Of a stretch of DNA of 64,000 bases, positions 36,125-49,389 are shown piece by piece. Each line of letters opens with the position of its first letter. Within the stretch, counting starts at the first letter, position 1. The stretch covers positions 19,682 through 83,681 of the forward strand of contig CAWEUU010000007.1 of NCBI GenBank assembly GCA_963812335.1, given 5' to 3'. Both the position numbers and the translations under genes were made by a program. Source of the stretch: an uncultured Solirubrobacterales bacterium. Lineage in GTDB: Bacteria; Actinomycetota; Thermoleophilia; Solirubrobacterales; 70-9. The notes beneath the pieces were generated by a model, which ran no database searches, was not told the DNA's origin, and saw only the letters and a list, made by a program, of their open reading frames with translations.

Positions 36125-37351
36125 ATGAGACGAACACCGATCCTCTTCTTCCTGCTTCTGCTCCTGCTGCCGGCGACGGCCAGGGCGGGGGCTTGCGATG
36201 AGATGAAGAGTCGGTTGGTGCGTGGGGGCGGGGCGGCCAGCGGGTTGTTCGTGATCGATGCGAAGAGCGGGAGAAGGGTTTGCGGGCGAGCGGCCAAGAA
36301 GCGGCGCCCGCTGGCCTCGAACACGAAGCTGTTCACCACGGCGACCGCGCTGGCGCGATTCGGTGCGCGCTACCGGATCCCGACCAGGCTGCTCTCCGAG
36401 GGCACGGTCGACCGGCGCGGCGTCCTGCGCGGCAACCTCTACCTGCGCGGGGCGGGCGACCCGACGCTCGGCAGCCCGGCCTTCCAGCGCCGCTTCACCG
36501 GCGGCTTCGGCACCAACCTGTTCGGGCTCAAGGCGCAACTGCGCGGCGCCGGCGTGCGCGCGGTGAAGGGGCGCCTGTACGCCGACGACACCGTTTTCGA
36601 CCGCCTGCGCGGCGTCGCCGACTCGGGCTACGCCACCAGCCCCTACATCGGCCCCTTATCAGGGCTCGCCTTCAACCTCGGCTACGGCAACTCGCACGGC
36701 AGCTACTTCGCCTCCGACCCGGCCACGCTCGCGGCCTCGAAGCTTGCCGTGGCGCTGCGGCGGGCGGGAATCTCGATCCCCGGCGGCGTCGCCCGCCGCC
36801 CCACCCCGGCTGCGGCCGAGCCGGTCGCGACGGTGCGCTCGCCGACGATGTCGCAGCTGGTCGAGGCGACCAACCTTCCCTCCAACAACTTCTTCGCCGA
36901 GACGCTGGTCAAGCTGCTCGGCGCCCGCTTCGGCGCCGCCGGCACGACCGCCGCCGGGACCGGCGTGGTCGAGCGCTTCGCCCGCAGCCGCGGTGCGGCG
37001 ATCCACGCGCTGGACGGCTCCGGCCTGACCCGCGGCAACCGCGCCTCGCCGGCCCAGGTCGTGCGCCTGCTGCAGGGAATGCGCTCGACCGCGGTCGGCG
37101 ACCAGTTCATCCAGGACCTCGCCCTGACCGGGGTCGAGGGCACCGTCGACGGCCGCACCCGCGGCACCGCCGCCTACCGCCGCTGCCGCACCAAGACCGG
37201 CACCCTCACCGGCGTCAGTGCCCTCTCCGGCTACTGCTTCAACCGCAGCGGCAGGGTCATGGTCTTCTCGATCCTGATGTCGAGCGTGAGCAACCTTTAC
37301 CGCGCACATGCTGAGCAGGACAAGATCGCCGGTCTGATCGCTTCCTACTGA
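36125..37351 (+). CDS. dacB: D-alanyl-D-alanine carboxypeptidase/endopeptidase (PBP4, S13 family)
   Basis: Signal peptide, a LASNTKLFT SxxK motif and a PBP4-like body. ATG at 36125 within the track ORF starting at 36110. Confidence 0.8.
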   Translation: MRRTPILFFLLLLLLPATARAGACDEMKSRLVRGGGAASGLFVIDAKSGRRVCGRAAKKRRPLASNTKLFTTATALARFGARYRIPTRLLSEGTVDRRGVLRGNLYLRGAGDPTLGSPAFQRRFTGGFGTNLFGLKAQLRGAGVRAVKGRLYADDTVFDRLRGVADSGYATSPYIGPLSGLAFNLGYGNSHGSYFASDPATLAASKLAVALRRAGISIPGGVARRPTPAAAEPVATVRSPTMSQLVEATNLPSNNFFAETLVKLLGARFGAAGTTAAGTGVVERFARSRGAAIHALDGSGLTRGNRASPAQVVRLLQGMRSTAVGDQFIQDLALTGVEGTVDGRTRGTAAYRRCRTKTGTLTGVSALSGYCFNRSGRVMVFSILMSSVSNLYRAHAEQDKIAGLIASY

Positions 37352-37367
37352 GAGCCGAACGCGGTGA

Positions 37368-40969
<3,602 letters not shown>

Positions 40970-41059
40970 AGGGCGAGGACGGGCACCCTCCCGAACGGGC
41001 GGATACTCAGAGCGGGCGAAGCCCGCGAGTCCGGGCGGGAGGGTGCCCGTCCTCGCCCT
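40970..41059 (-). repeat. structured repeat family 1, copy 2 (inverted orientation)
   Basis: 24-bp perfect stem (40970-40993 and 41036-41059) around the same 42-nt core. Fills the whole gap between the truA and rplQ stop codons. Confidence 0.7.
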
Positions 41060-41060
41060 C

Positions 41061-41414
41061 CTACACCAACTCGAGAAAGACCATCTCCGTAGAGTCCGAA
41101 CGTCGCGGCCCGAGCTTGACGATCCGCGTGTACCCACCGGGGCGCTCGCTATAGCGAGGCGCCACCTCGTCGAACAGCTTGTGGACGACGAACTTGTCGT
41201 TGTGCAGGGTCGAGAGCGCCTGCCGGCGGGCGTGCAGGTCGCCCCGCTTGGCAAGCGTGATCAGCTGCTCGACCTCGGGCTTGACCGCCTTCGCCTTGGC
41301 CTGGCTCGTTTCGATCCGCTCATGCTCGATCAGCTGCTTGGAGAGGTTGGAGAGGAGCGACTCCCGATGCGAGGCGCTGCGGCTCAGCTTGTTGCGTTTC
41401 TTGCGGTGGCGCAT
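41061..41414 (-). CDS. rplQ: 50S ribosomal protein L17
   Basis: MRHRKKRNKLSRSASHR... 117 aa. Confidence 0.95.
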   Translation of the reverse strand: MRHRKKRNKLSRSASHRESLLSNLSKQLIEHERIETSQAKAKAVKPEVEQLITLAKRGDLHARRQALSTLHNDKFVVHKLFDEVAPRYSERPGGYTRIVKLGPRRSDSTEMVFLELV

Positions 41415-41443
41415 CGGGCTCCTCTTGCGGCTCTCGGCTCGCC

Positions 41444-42430
41444 TTACTCCTGGCTTAGGTCGAGGCCGCGGGCCTGCAGGGTCTCGACCACTTCGTCGAT
41501 CGACTTCGAGCCGAAGTTCGGGATCGCGTTCAGCTCCGACCGCGTTTTGCGGACCAGGTCGCCGACGGTCTGCACGCCGGCGCGCTTGAGGCAGTTGTAG
41601 GAGCGCACGCCGAGCTCGAGCTCCTCGATCAGGATCTCGTCGAGGCCGTTGTTCGCCGCTACGCCGCCATCGCCGCCGATCGCAGCGAGGCCGTCACCGG
41701 CCAGCGCGGGCGCAGCCGCCTCGCGCGCGGTCAGCTCCTCGACCCGCTCGGCGTCGGTGAATATCGCCAGCGTCTTGATCAGGATCTCGGAGGCCTCGCG
41801 CAGCGCCGCCGCGGGCTCAAGCGAGCCGTCGGTCTCAAGGTCCAGGCTGAGTTTGTCGAAGTCGGTGCGCTGGCCGACGCGCGCGGTCGAGACCGCGTAG
41901 GAGGCGCGCCGGATCGGCGAGAAGATCGAGTCGATCGGGATCACGCCGATCGGCTGGTCGTCGGACTTGTTCTCTTCGGCCGGCGAGTAGCCACGGCCGC
42001 GACCGATCGTCAGGTAGACCTCGAGCTTGGTCTTTTTCTCCAGCGTCGCGATCGGCGCGTCGGGGTTGAGGATCTCGACCCCGGAGGGGAGGTCGATGTC
42101 CTTCGCCTTGACCTCGCCAGGGCCGGTGGCGACCAGGGGGGCCTCGATCTCGTCGGCGTCGGTGTGCATGCGGACCACGAGATCCTTCAGGTTGAGGACG
42201 ATGTCGGTGACGTCCTCTTTGACGCCCGGCACGCTTGAGAACTCGTGCGCGACGCCCTCGATGCGGACACTGGTGACGGCGGCGCCGCCCAGGGAAGAGA
42301 GCAACACGCGGCGCAGGCTGTTGCCGAAGGTGTAGCCGAAACCCTTGTCGAGGGGCTCGATCGTGAAGTTGCCGCGACGGTCATCCGCTTTCTCGGCGGT
42401 AATACGAGGGACCTGAAAGTCAGTGGTCAT
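41444..42430 (-). CDS. rpoA: DNA-directed RNA polymerase alpha subunit
   Basis: 328 aa. GFGYTFGNSLRRVLLSS; C-terminal domain ELELGVRSYNCLKRAG. Confidence 0.95.
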   Translation of the reverse strand: MTTDFQVPRITAEKADDRRGNFTIEPLDKGFGYTFGNSLRRVLLSSLGGAAVTSVRIEGVAHEFSSVPGVKEDVTDIVLNLKDLVVRMHTDADEIEAPLVATGPGEVKAKDIDLPSGVEILNPDAPIATLEKKTKLEVYLTIGRGRGYSPAEENKSDDQPIGVIPIDSIFSPIRRASYAVSTARVGQRTDFDKLSLDLETDGSLEPAAALREASEILIKTLAIFTDAERVEELTAREAAAPALAGDGLAAIGGDGGVAANNGLDEILIEELELGVRSYNCLKRAGVQTVGDLVRKTRSELNAIPNFGSKSIDEVVETLQARGLDLSQE

Positions 42431-42468
42431 GGGTTCCTTGCCTATGGTGTTTCAGAAATCAGTCCGGA

Positions 42469-43089
42469 CTACTTGGAGTACAGCTCGACGATCAGCTGCT
42501 CCTGCACCGGCGCCGAGATCTCCGCGCGCTCGGGGAGGCGCAGGACCTTGGCGGTGAGCGAGTCATGGTCGGCCTGCAGCCAGGCCGGCACGGTCGAGAC
42601 GAGCTCGGTCGCTTTGCGAATCGCGTCCGTCGCCGCCGAGCCGGCTTTGACCGAGATCACATCCTCGGGACGGACTTGGTAGGAGGGGACGTCGACGCGG
42701 CGGCCGTTGACCATCCAGTGGCCGTGGCTGACCAGTTGGCGGGCCTGGCGGCGCGAGGCGGCGAATCCGAGCCGCACGAGCACGTTGTCGAGCCTCGACT
42801 CGAGCAGGCGCAGGAGGTTCTCGCCGGTGACGCCCTCCTGGCGCGAGGCCTTCTCGTAGTAGGCGCGGAACTGGCTCTCGAGCACCTGGTAATAGCGGCG
42901 CGTCTTCTGCTTCTCGCGCAGCTGCACGCGGTACTCGGACTGGCGCATACGACCGCGGCCGTGGTCGCCGGGCGGGTAGGAGCGACGCTCGACGCCGCAC
43001 TTGTCGGTGAAGCAGCGCTCGCCCTTGAGGAAGAGCTTCTGGCCCTCGCGGCGGCACTGCTTGCACTGGGCTCCGGTGTCGCGGGCCAC
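42469..43089 (-). CDS. rpsD: 30S ribosomal protein S4
   Basis: 206 aa. [18 protein letters not shown] zinc-ribbon N-terminus. Confidence 0.95.
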   Translation of the reverse strand: MARDTGAQCKQCRREGQKLFLKGERCFTDKCGVERRSYPPGDHGRGRMRQSEYRVQLREKQKTRRYYQVLESQFRAYYEKASRQEGVTGENLLRLLESRLDNVLVRLGFAASRRQARQLVSHGHWMVNGRRVDVPSYQVRPEDVISVKAGSAATDAIRKATELVSTVPAWLQADHDSLTAKVLRLPERAEISAPVQEQLIVELYSK

Positions 43090-43490
43090 TAGACGCGCCT
43101 CCGCTTCTTCGGCCGGCAGCCGTTGTGGGCCTGCGGCGAGACATCCTTGACCGTGGTCACGTCGAGCCCGGCGGCCTGCAGCGAGCGGATCGCCGTCTCG
43201 CGCCCCGAGCCGGCGCCCTTGGCGAAGACCTCGACTTTTTCGAGCCCGTGCTCCATACCCTTCTTGGCCGCCGCGTCGGCGGTGACCTGGGCGGCGAACG
43301 GGGTCGACTTGCGCGAGCCTTTGAAGCCCGCCGAGCCGGCCGACTCCCAGGCGATCACGTTGCCCTGGGGGTCGGTGAGGGTGACGATCGTGTTGTTGAA
43401 GGAAGTCTTGATGTGGGCCTGCCCGTAGGCGATGTTCTTTTTCACCCGGCGTCGGGTGCGACCTTTGGCTGGTTTTTTCGCTGCTGCCAT
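43089..43490 (-). CDS. rpsK: 30S ribosomal protein S11
   Basis: 133 aa. [15 protein letters not shown]...[14 protein letters not shown]. Confidence 0.95.
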   Translation of the reverse strand: MAAAKKPAKGRTRRRVKKNIAYGQAHIKTSFNNTIVTLTDPQGNVIAWESAGSAGFKGSRKSTPFAAQVTADAAAKKGMEHGLEKVEVFAKGAGSGRETAIRSLQAAGLDVTTVKDVSPQAHNGCRPKKRRRV

Positions 43491-43498
43491 GCCGCCCC

Positions 43499-43870
43499 CT
43501 AAACCTTGCGCCTGCCGGCGATGCTCATCCGGCGCGGGCCCTTGCGGCCGCGCGCGTTGGTCTTCGTCCGCTGTCCCCGGACCGGCAGGCCGCGGCGATG
43601 GCGCAATCCCCGGTAGGAGCCGATCTCCATCAGCCGTTTGACGTCCTGGGAGCGCTCGCGCCGCAGGTCGCCCTCGACCTCGCGCCGCTCGACCGCCTCG
43701 CGCAGCTTCACGACCTCTTCCTCGGTCAAGTCCTTGACCGGAGTGTTCGGGTCGATCTTGGTCTCGGCGAGGATCTCCTGCGCGGTGGAGCGGCCGATGC
43801 CGAAGATGTAGGTGAGCCCGATCTCGATCCGCTTGCCGACCGGAATGTTGATCCCTGCGATCCGTGCCAT
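43499..43870 (-). CDS. rpsM: 30S ribosomal protein S13
   Basis: 123 aa. [10 protein letters not shown]...[20 protein letters not shown]. Confidence 0.95.
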   Translation of the reverse strand: MARIAGINIPVGKRIEIGLTYIFGIGRSTAQEILAETKIDPNTPVKDLTEEEVVKLREAVERREVEGDLRRERSQDVKRLMEIGSYRGLRHRRGLPVRGQRTKTNARGRKGPRRMSIAGRRKV

Positions 43871-43875
43871 CAGAT

Positions 43876-43989
43876 CTACCCCTGCCTTTGCTTGTGGCGG
43901 GGGTTTTGGCAGATGACGAGGACCGCCCCGTTACGGCGGATTACCTTGCACTTTTCGCACATCGGCTTTACGGAAGCTCGGACCTTCAT
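43876..43989 (-). CDS. rpmJ: 50S ribosomal protein L36
   Basis: ATG at 43989. [37 protein letters not shown] (37 aa). Confidence 0.93.
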   Translation of the reverse strand: MKVRASVKPMCEKCKVIRRNGAVLVICQNPRHKQRQG

Positions 43990-44176
43990 CGCTCCGGGGT
44001 TTGTCTCGACTACAGGACTCCCGTCCGCCCCATGAATCGGGCAGGCGGGCACGAACAAAACGGCCCTCAGGGCCGACGGAGAAAGATAGCAGGGGGGCGC
44101 TTCTGAGGCACCCTGCCTGAAGCCGGGTAATTGTGGCCTCGGGGGAACACACCGGCCTCTCACCCACGCTCGCGTG

Positions 44177-44223
44177 TTCCGCTGTTCCTTTGCCCTGTTA
44201 TTTCCGGCAAAGGAACAGCGGAA
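44177..44223. repeat. hairpin repeat family 2, copy B
   Basis: TTCCGCTGTTCCTTTGCC (44177-44194) pairs perfectly with GGCAAAGGAACAGCGGAA (44206-44223), with an 11-nt loop. Confidence 0.7.
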
Positions 44224-44232
44224 GGAGCGGGG

Positions 44233-44991
44233 TCAGTTGTCTTCGTGCCAGGGGGTGAGGATGCGGGGGCCGTCGGCGGTTACCGCGACGGTGAACTCGA
44301 AGTGGGCGGCCAGGGAGCCGTCCTGGGAGTAGACGGCCCAGCCGTCCTCGCCCATGCGGACCAGGGGCCCGCCGGCGTTGACCATCGGCTCGATCGCCAG
44401 CACCGTTCCCTCCTCCAGCTCCGGCCCCTTTCCCGGCTCGCCGAAGTTCGGCACCTGCGGCTCCTCGTGCATGTCGCGGCCGATCCCGTGGCCGACCAGG
44501 GTGCGGATGATCGAGAGGCCCTCGATCTCGACCGCGCGCTGAATCGCCGCCGATACGTCGCCGAGGTGGTTGCCCGGCTGCATCTGCCCGACTCCGGCAA
44601 AGAGCGCCGCCCTGGTCACGTCGAGCAGCTTGCGCGCCTCCGGTGAGATCGAGCCGACCGGCACGGTCATCGCCGCGTCGGCGACCCAGCCGTCCTTGAT
44701 CACGCCGACGTCGACCGAGAGCACGTCGCCGCGCTTCAGCTCGTGGGGACCGGGGATGCCGTGGACGACCATCGAATTGGGCGAGGCGCAGATCGAGCCC
44801 GGGAAGCCCCGGTAGCCCTTGAAGGCCGGCTCGGCGCCCTGCGAGCGGATGAACTTCTCCGCCGCATCGTCGAGCTGCTTGGTGGTCACGCCGGGCCGGG
44901 CCTTGGCGGCGACCATCCTCAGACAGCGGACCAGGATCTGTCCGGCCGCGGCCATCTGCTCAACCTGCTCCGGGCTCTTGAGGATGATCAT
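44233..44991 (-). CDS. map: type I methionine aminopeptidase
   Basis: MIILKSPEQVEQM... with Map metal-ligand motifs. The track ORF extends to 45036, which would overlap adk. Confidence 0.9.
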   Translation of the reverse strand: MIILKSPEQVEQMAAAGQILVRCLRMVAAKARPGVTTKQLDDAAEKFIRSQGAEPAFKGYRGFPGSICASPNSMVVHGIPGPHELKRGDVLSVDVGVIKDGWVADAAMTVPVGSISPEARKLLDVTRAALFAGVGQMQPGNHLGDVSAAIQRAVEIEGLSIIRTLVGHGIGRDMHEEPQVPNFGEPGKGPELEEGTVLAIEPMVNAGGPLVRMGEDGWAVYSQDGSLAAHFEFTVAVTADGPRILTPWHEDN

Positions 44992-45019
44992 CCGGTACAC
45001 GCTAACCGCCCCCGCAGGG

Positions 45020-45700
45020 CTAGATCGCCTCGTCACCTTCGAGCTTCAGCGTCGCCAGCATGCGGCGCAGCTCGTCAGCGACGGCATCCGGGGCGGCGCT
45101 GCCGTCGATCCGGCGCAACAGGCTCTGGTGGTCGTAGAACTCGATCAGCGGCTCGGTCTTCTCGTGGTAGGTGTCGAGCCGGTGGCGGATCACCTCGGGC
45201 TTGTCGTCGTCGCGGATCGTCAGCTCGCTGCCGTCGACGTCGCAGACGCCCTCGCGCTCGGGCGGGTTGAAGTCGACGTGGAAGACGTGTCCGTTCTCGA
45301 CGCAGGTGCGGCGGCCGCCGAGGCGGCGCACCACCTCATCGTCAGGGGCGTCGATCAGCAGGACAGCCGTCAGCCGCCGGCGCAGCTCGGTCAGCTTCGC
45401 CGCCAGCGCCTCCGCCTGCGGCACGGTGCGGGGGAAGCCGTCGAGGATGAAGCCGTCGGCCGCCTCCGCCGAGTCGATCCGCTCGCCGATCGCGCCGACA
45501 ATCACCTCGTCCGGCACCAGGTCGCCACGGTCCATGTACTCCTTCGCCGCCCTGCCCAGCTCGGTTTCGTCGCGCACGGCGGCGCGCAGGATGTCGCCGG
45601 TAGCCCAATAGGGCAGTTGCAGATCCCCCTGCAAACGCTCGCCCTGGGTGCCCTTCCCGCTGCCGGGCGGCCCGAGAAGTACAAGATTGAGCTGATTCAT
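45020..45700 (-). CDS. adk: adenylate kinase
   Basis: 226 aa with P-loop GPPGSGKGTQ. Confidence 0.95.
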   Translation of the reverse strand: MNQLNLVLLGPPGSGKGTQGERLQGDLQLPYWATGDILRAAVRDETELGRAAKEYMDRGDLVPDEVIVGAIGERIDSAEAADGFILDGFPRTVPQAEALAAKLTELRRRLTAVLLIDAPDDEVVRRLGGRRTCVENGHVFHVDFNPPEREGVCDVDGSELTIRDDDKPEVIRHRLDTYHEKTEPLIEFYDHQSLLRRIDGSAAPDAVADELRRMLATLKLEGDEAI

Positions 45701-45748
45701 GTCAGTGAGTTAGTGAATGGAACGGCCGTGAAAACCAAGTAGATCGCT

Positions 45749-45815
45749 GGACGCAGGGAGGGAGGTGAGGGGAGCGCACTTTTTTGTGCGTGACCCGATC
45801 CGACCGACTGAGGAC
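45749..45815 (-). repeat. intergenic repeat family 3, copy 1 (sense with secY-adk)
   Basis: The reverse complement aligns with 62765-62829 (about 55 of 61 non-loop positions identical). Contains the GTGCGCTCCCCTCACCTCCCTCCCTGCGTCC pyrimidine tract. Confidence 0.65.
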
Positions 45816-45852
45816 GGCGATATACGCCGGTTTGCAGCGGCCGCGCCTGAGG

Positions 45853-47127
45853 TTATTTCAAAAACCCCTCGTAGTTGCGCATCATGAGCTGGGCCTCCAG
45901 CTGCTTGACCGTGTCGAGAGCCACGCCGATCACGATCAGGATCGAGGTGCCGCCGAAAAAGAAGTTGGCCGAGGTCTGGCTGATCAGGATCGTCGGCAGG
46001 GCCGCCACGGCGCCCAGGTAGAGAGCACCGGGGAAGGTCAGCCGCGAAAGAATCCGGTCGAGGTACTCGGCCGTCGGCCGGCCCGGACGCACGCCGGGTA
46101 TGAAGCCGCCGTATTTCTTCAGGTTGTCGGCCTGGTCGACCGGGTTGAAGGTGACCGCGGTGTAGAAGTAGGTGAAGATGATGATGAAGAAGACCTCGCC
46201 GACCACATAGGCCCAGCCGTCGGGGCTGAAGAAGGCGGCGAAGTCGAGTGCGGCCGGGGTGTTGAGCAGCTGGCCGATGGTCGGCGGGAAGGCCATGATC
46301 GAGGCGGCGAAGATGACCGGGATCACGCCCGCCATGTTGACCCGCAACGGCAGGTAGGTCGATCCGCCCGAGGTCATTTTGCGCCCGACCATGCGTTTCG
46401 CGTACTGGACCGGGATCCGCCGCTGGCCCTCCTGGACGAAGACGATCGCGACGATCACCGCGAGCGCGACGAAGGGCATCATCACGACGAAAACCTGGTC
46501 GGGGTTGGTCCACCAGGCCTGGATCCCGCCGGGCAGGCCCGAGACGATCGAGGCGAAGATCATCAGCGAGATGCCGTTACCGATGCCGCGCTGGGTGATC
46601 AGCTCGCCCAGCCACATCAGCAGGGTGCAGCCCGCGGTCAGGCAGATCACGATCAGCAGGACTTTCGGCCCGCCGAGCGAGGCAAGGCCGTTTTCGCCGC
46701 CTGCCTGGGTGCCGAAGGACTGGAAGAGGAGGACGAAGCCCCAGGACTGGCCGAAGGCGAGTCCGACGGTGAGGTAGCGCGTGTACTGGGTGATCTTCTG
46801 CTGCCCGACCTCGCCCTCTTTCTGCAGTTTCTCCAGCGAGGGCACGACCACGGTCAGCAGCTGCAGGATGATCGAGGCCGTGATGTAGGGCATGATCCCC
46901 AGCGCAAACAGGGAGAGCCGTTCGAGCGCACCGCCGGAGAAGAGGCTGAGGAAGCCGAGCACGTTGCCGCCGGCGAAGTTCTGTGAGAGTTCCTTGACCG
47001 CGTCGGCGTCGACGCCGGGCGCCGGGATGTAGGCGCCGAGCCGGTAAAGCAACAGCATCGCCGCGGTGAACGCGAGCTTCTTGCGGATCTCCGCGACGCT
47101 GAAAGCGTTCGCAATAGTCCTGACCAT
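45853..47127 (-). CDS. secY: preprotein translocase subunit SecY
   Basis: 424 aa, multi-TM, SecY-like throughout. Confidence 0.95.
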   Translation of the reverse strand: MVRTIANAFSVAEIRKKLAFTAAMLLLYRLGAYIPAPGVDADAVKELSQNFAGGNVLGFLSLFSGGALERLSLFALGIMPYITASIILQLLTVVVPSLEKLQKEGEVGQQKITQYTRYLTVGLAFGQSWGFVLLFQSFGTQAGGENGLASLGGPKVLLIVICLTAGCTLLMWLGELITQRGIGNGISLMIFASIVSGLPGGIQAWWTNPDQVFVVMMPFVALAVIVAIVFVQEGQRRIPVQYAKRMVGRKMTSGGSTYLPLRVNMAGVIPVIFAASIMAFPPTIGQLLNTPAALDFAAFFSPDGWAYVVGEVFFIIIFTYFYTAVTFNPVDQADNLKKYGGFIPGVRPGRPTAEYLDRILSRLTFPGALYLGAVAALPTILISQTSANFFFGGTSILIVIGVALDTVKQLEAQLMMRNYEGFLK

Positions 47128-47639
47128 TACGGCTCCAGAGTGTGACAGGAACCGCCGGCTGCCTCGATCTTCTCCTTGGCGGCCGCGCTGAAGGCATGCG
47201 CGTGGACATCGAGCTTCTTCGAGATCTCGCCGCGGGCGAGGACCTTGACCGGGTCAGAGCGCCGCGCCAGGCCCTTTTCCTTCAGCGTCTCGGGCTTGAC
47301 CTCGGCACCGGCGTCGAAGCGCTCCTCGAGATCGCCGACGTTGACCGGCTGGGTCGTGGTGCGGAATTTCTCGAACGGCATCGATTGCTTTTTGTGCGGG
47401 CCGCGCAGCTTTCGCATCCGCATGTGGATCGGGTTCTGCCCGCCCTCATACGCAGCGTTCTTCTTCGACCCCGAGCGCGCCCCGTAGCCTTTGTGCCCGC
47501 GGCCAGAGGTCTTCCCCAGCCCCGAGCCCTCGCCGCGGCCCAACCGCTTGCGCGGCCTTTTCGACCCGGGCTTGGGCGAAAGATTGTGCAGCCCGATCTC
47601 CTCAGACCGCGCCGTCCCTTTCGAAGCTTTCTCAGCCAC
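47127..47639 (-). CDS. rplO: 50S ribosomal protein L15
   Basis: 170 aa. GSGLGKTSGRGHKG motif. GTG start. Confidence 0.93.
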   Translation of the reverse strand: MAEKASKGTARSEEIGLHNLSPKPGSKRPRKRLGRGEGSGLGKTSGRGHKGYGARSGSKKNAAYEGGQNPIHMRMRKLRGPHKKQSMPFEKFRTTTQPVNVGDLEERFDAGAEVKPETLKEKGLARRSDPVKVLARGEISKKLDVHAHAFSAAAKEKIEAAGGSCHTLEP

Positions 47640-47811
47640 CGTCGACCTCCACCAGATGCGAGACCACGTTCAGCTGGCCCCGCAACTGCGGCGAGTCCTT
47701 CTTCTCAGAAGCATTCCCGATCTTGCCCAACCCCAACGCATAGAGCGTCGCTTTCTGGCTCGGGTTCGACCCGTTTGCCGACTTGATCTGCTTGACCTTC
47801 ACCGAGCTCAC
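47632..47811 (-). CDS. rpmD: 50S ribosomal protein L30
   Basis: Not in the ORF track (59 aa). Hand translation from the GTG at 47811 gives [63 protein letters not shown] overlap with the rpsE stop; 8-nt overlap with rplO. Confidence 0.85.
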   Translation of the reverse strand: MSSVKVKQIKSANGSNPSQKATLYALGLGKIGNASEKKDSPQLRGQLNVVSHLVEVDGG

Positions 47812-48443
47812 GAGCTCTCCTCAGCTTTCTCCTCCTCGGCGGGGGCCTCCTCAGCTTTCGGCTCCTCAGCGGGAGCCTCAGGCGCATCTCCCGCGGCCGA
47901 ATTGCCATTCGACTTCTGCACTCCGAGTACCTGGGCCACAGTGAGCCCCCGCAACTCCGCAACCTCCTCAGGCCGCCGCAACCGCACCAGCCCGTCCATG
48001 GTGGCCTTGACCAGGTTGATCGGGTTTTGCGTGCCGATGCTCTTGGTCAGCACGTCGCGTACGCCGCCGAGCTCGAGCACGGCGCGCACGCCGCCGCCGG
48101 CGATCACCCCGGTACCGGGGCTGGCCGGCCGCAGGACGACGTGGCCGGCGCCGTAGCGGCCGATGATCTTGTGGGTAAGCGTCTGCCCGTATTTGGGCAC
48201 GCGGATCAGGCTCTTGCGGGCGTTCTCGACCGCCTTCTGGATCGCCAGCGGAACCTCACGGGCCTTGCCGTAGCCAATCCCTACGACGCCCTCTTCGTCG
48301 CCGACGGCGACCAGCGCCGTGAACGAGAAGCGACGGCCGCCCTTGACGACCTTGGCGACGCGGTTGATCTCGATCACGCGCTCCTGGAGATCGAGCCCCT
48401 TCGGGGTCACCGTCTCCACCCTGCTCATGTCCATGCCTTTCAT
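47808..48443 (-). CDS. rpsE: 30S ribosomal protein S5 with an acidic C-terminal tail
   Basis: 211 aa. [14 protein letters not shown] core. Tail is [25 protein letters not shown]. Confidence 0.93.
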   Translation of the reverse strand: MKGMDMSRVETVTPKGLDLQERVIEINRVAKVVKGGRRFSFTALVAVGDEEGVVGIGYGKAREVPLAIQKAVENARKSLIRVPKYGQTLTHKIIGRYGAGHVVLRPASPGTGVIAGGGVRAVLELGGVRDVLTKSIGTQNPINLVKATMDGLVRLRRPEEVAELRGLTVAQVLGVQKSNGNSAAGDAPEAPAEEPKAEEAPAEEEKAEESS

Positions 48444-48489
48444 CGGACGTGGGAAGGTAGCGGACGGCGGGAATCGCAGCGGTGGCTCA

Positions 48490-48843
48490 TCAGAATCTCA
48501 GGCCTCCCTCGCGGGCGCCTTCGGCCAGCGCCTTGACGCGACCGTGGAACTTGTAGCCGCCGCGGTCGAAGACGCAGGCCTCGATGCCGGCGGCCTTGGC
48601 CCGCTCGGCGATCAGTTCGCCCGCCCGCTTCGCCTGCGCTTCGGCGCTGAGCTTGCGCAACTCGGGCTCGGTCCAGTTTGCCGCAGCCAGCGTGCTGCCG
48701 GCCGCGTCGTCGATGAGCTGGGCAAAGACGCCGCGGTTGGAGCGGTAGACGGAGAGGCGCGGGCGCTCGGCGCTGCCGACGATCCGGGCGCGGACGCGGC
48801 GGCGCCGGCGCAGGCGCTGCTGGCGTTTGGTCATGACGGTCAT
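48490..48843 (-). CDS. rplR: 50S ribosomal protein L18
   Basis: 117 aa, ending [23 protein letters not shown]. Confidence 0.93.
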   Translation of the reverse strand: MTVMTKRQQRLRRRRRVRARIVGSAERPRLSVYRSNRGVFAQLIDDAAGSTLAAANWTEPELRKLSAEAQAKRAGELIAERAKAAGIEACVFDRGGYKFHGRVKALAEGAREGGLRF

Positions 48844-49373
48844 GCGCGCTTGCCGACCTTGCGCACGACGTGCTCGTCGCGGTAGCGGATTCCCTTGCCC
48901 TTGTAGGGCTCCGGCGGGCGGCGCTTGCGGATATCCGCGGCGACCTGCCCGACCAGCTGCTTGTCGATCCCGCGCACGACCACCTCGGTCGGCTGCGGAA
49001 CCTCGAACTCGATTCCCTCGGGCGGCTCAATCGCAACCGGATGGGAGTAGCCGAGTGCCATCTCCAGGGTCTTGCCCTTCAGCGCCGCCCTGTAGCCGAC
49101 GCCCTGGATCTCCAGCCGCTTCTCGAAGCCGTCGACAACGCCCTCGACCATGTTCGCGATCAGGCTGCGGGTCAAGCCGTGCAGGGCCCGGTGCTCGCCG
49201 CGGTCGGTCGGGCGGGCGACGGTGATCGAGCCGTCGTCCTGGGCGACCGTCATCTCCGCCGCGAGGTCCTGCTCCAGCTCGCCCTTCGGGCCCTTGACCG
49301 CAACCCGCCCGGGGGCGAGCTCGACCGTGACGGACTCGGGGACTGCGATCGGTTTTCTGCCAATTCGACTCAT
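48840..49373 (-). CDS. rplF: 50S ribosomal protein L6
   Basis: ATG at 49373 ([12 protein letters not shown]...) within track ORF 48840..49424. Confidence 0.93.
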   Translation of the reverse strand: MSRIGRKPIAVPESVTVELAPGRVAVKGPKGELEQDLAAEMTVAQDDGSITVARPTDRGEHRALHGLTRSLIANMVEGVVDGFEKRLEIQGVGYRAALKGKTLEMALGYSHPVAIEPPEGIEFEVPQPTEVVVRGIDKQLVGQVAADIRKRRPPEPYKGKGIRYRDEHVVRKVGKRA

Positions 49374-49389
49374 GATCGGACGTTCCGTC

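Noticed and set aside
35911-36201. The peptide LAGFARSEYPPVREG appears in two track ORFs (35911..36201 + and 40943..41254 -), which could suggest a duplicated small gene.
   Set aside because: It is just the translation of the 42-nt repeat core. The surrounding ORFs have no start context or coding character and overlap perfect hairpin stems.
43931-44167. 78-aa and 95-aa minus-strand ORFs in the map-rpmJ spacer, considered as possible divergent infA.
   Set aside because: Neither translation resembles IF-1 (no S1/OB-fold-like VxxxLPNxxFxVxL pattern). The 95-aa ORF is simply upstream read-through into rpmJ.
45771-45792. GCGCAC-TTTTTT-GTGCGT, considered as an intrinsic terminator between secY and adk.
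   Set aside because: On the transcribed minus strand the stem is followed by no U-tract; the T-run forms the loop (A-run in the RNA). It is better explained as part of repeat family 3.
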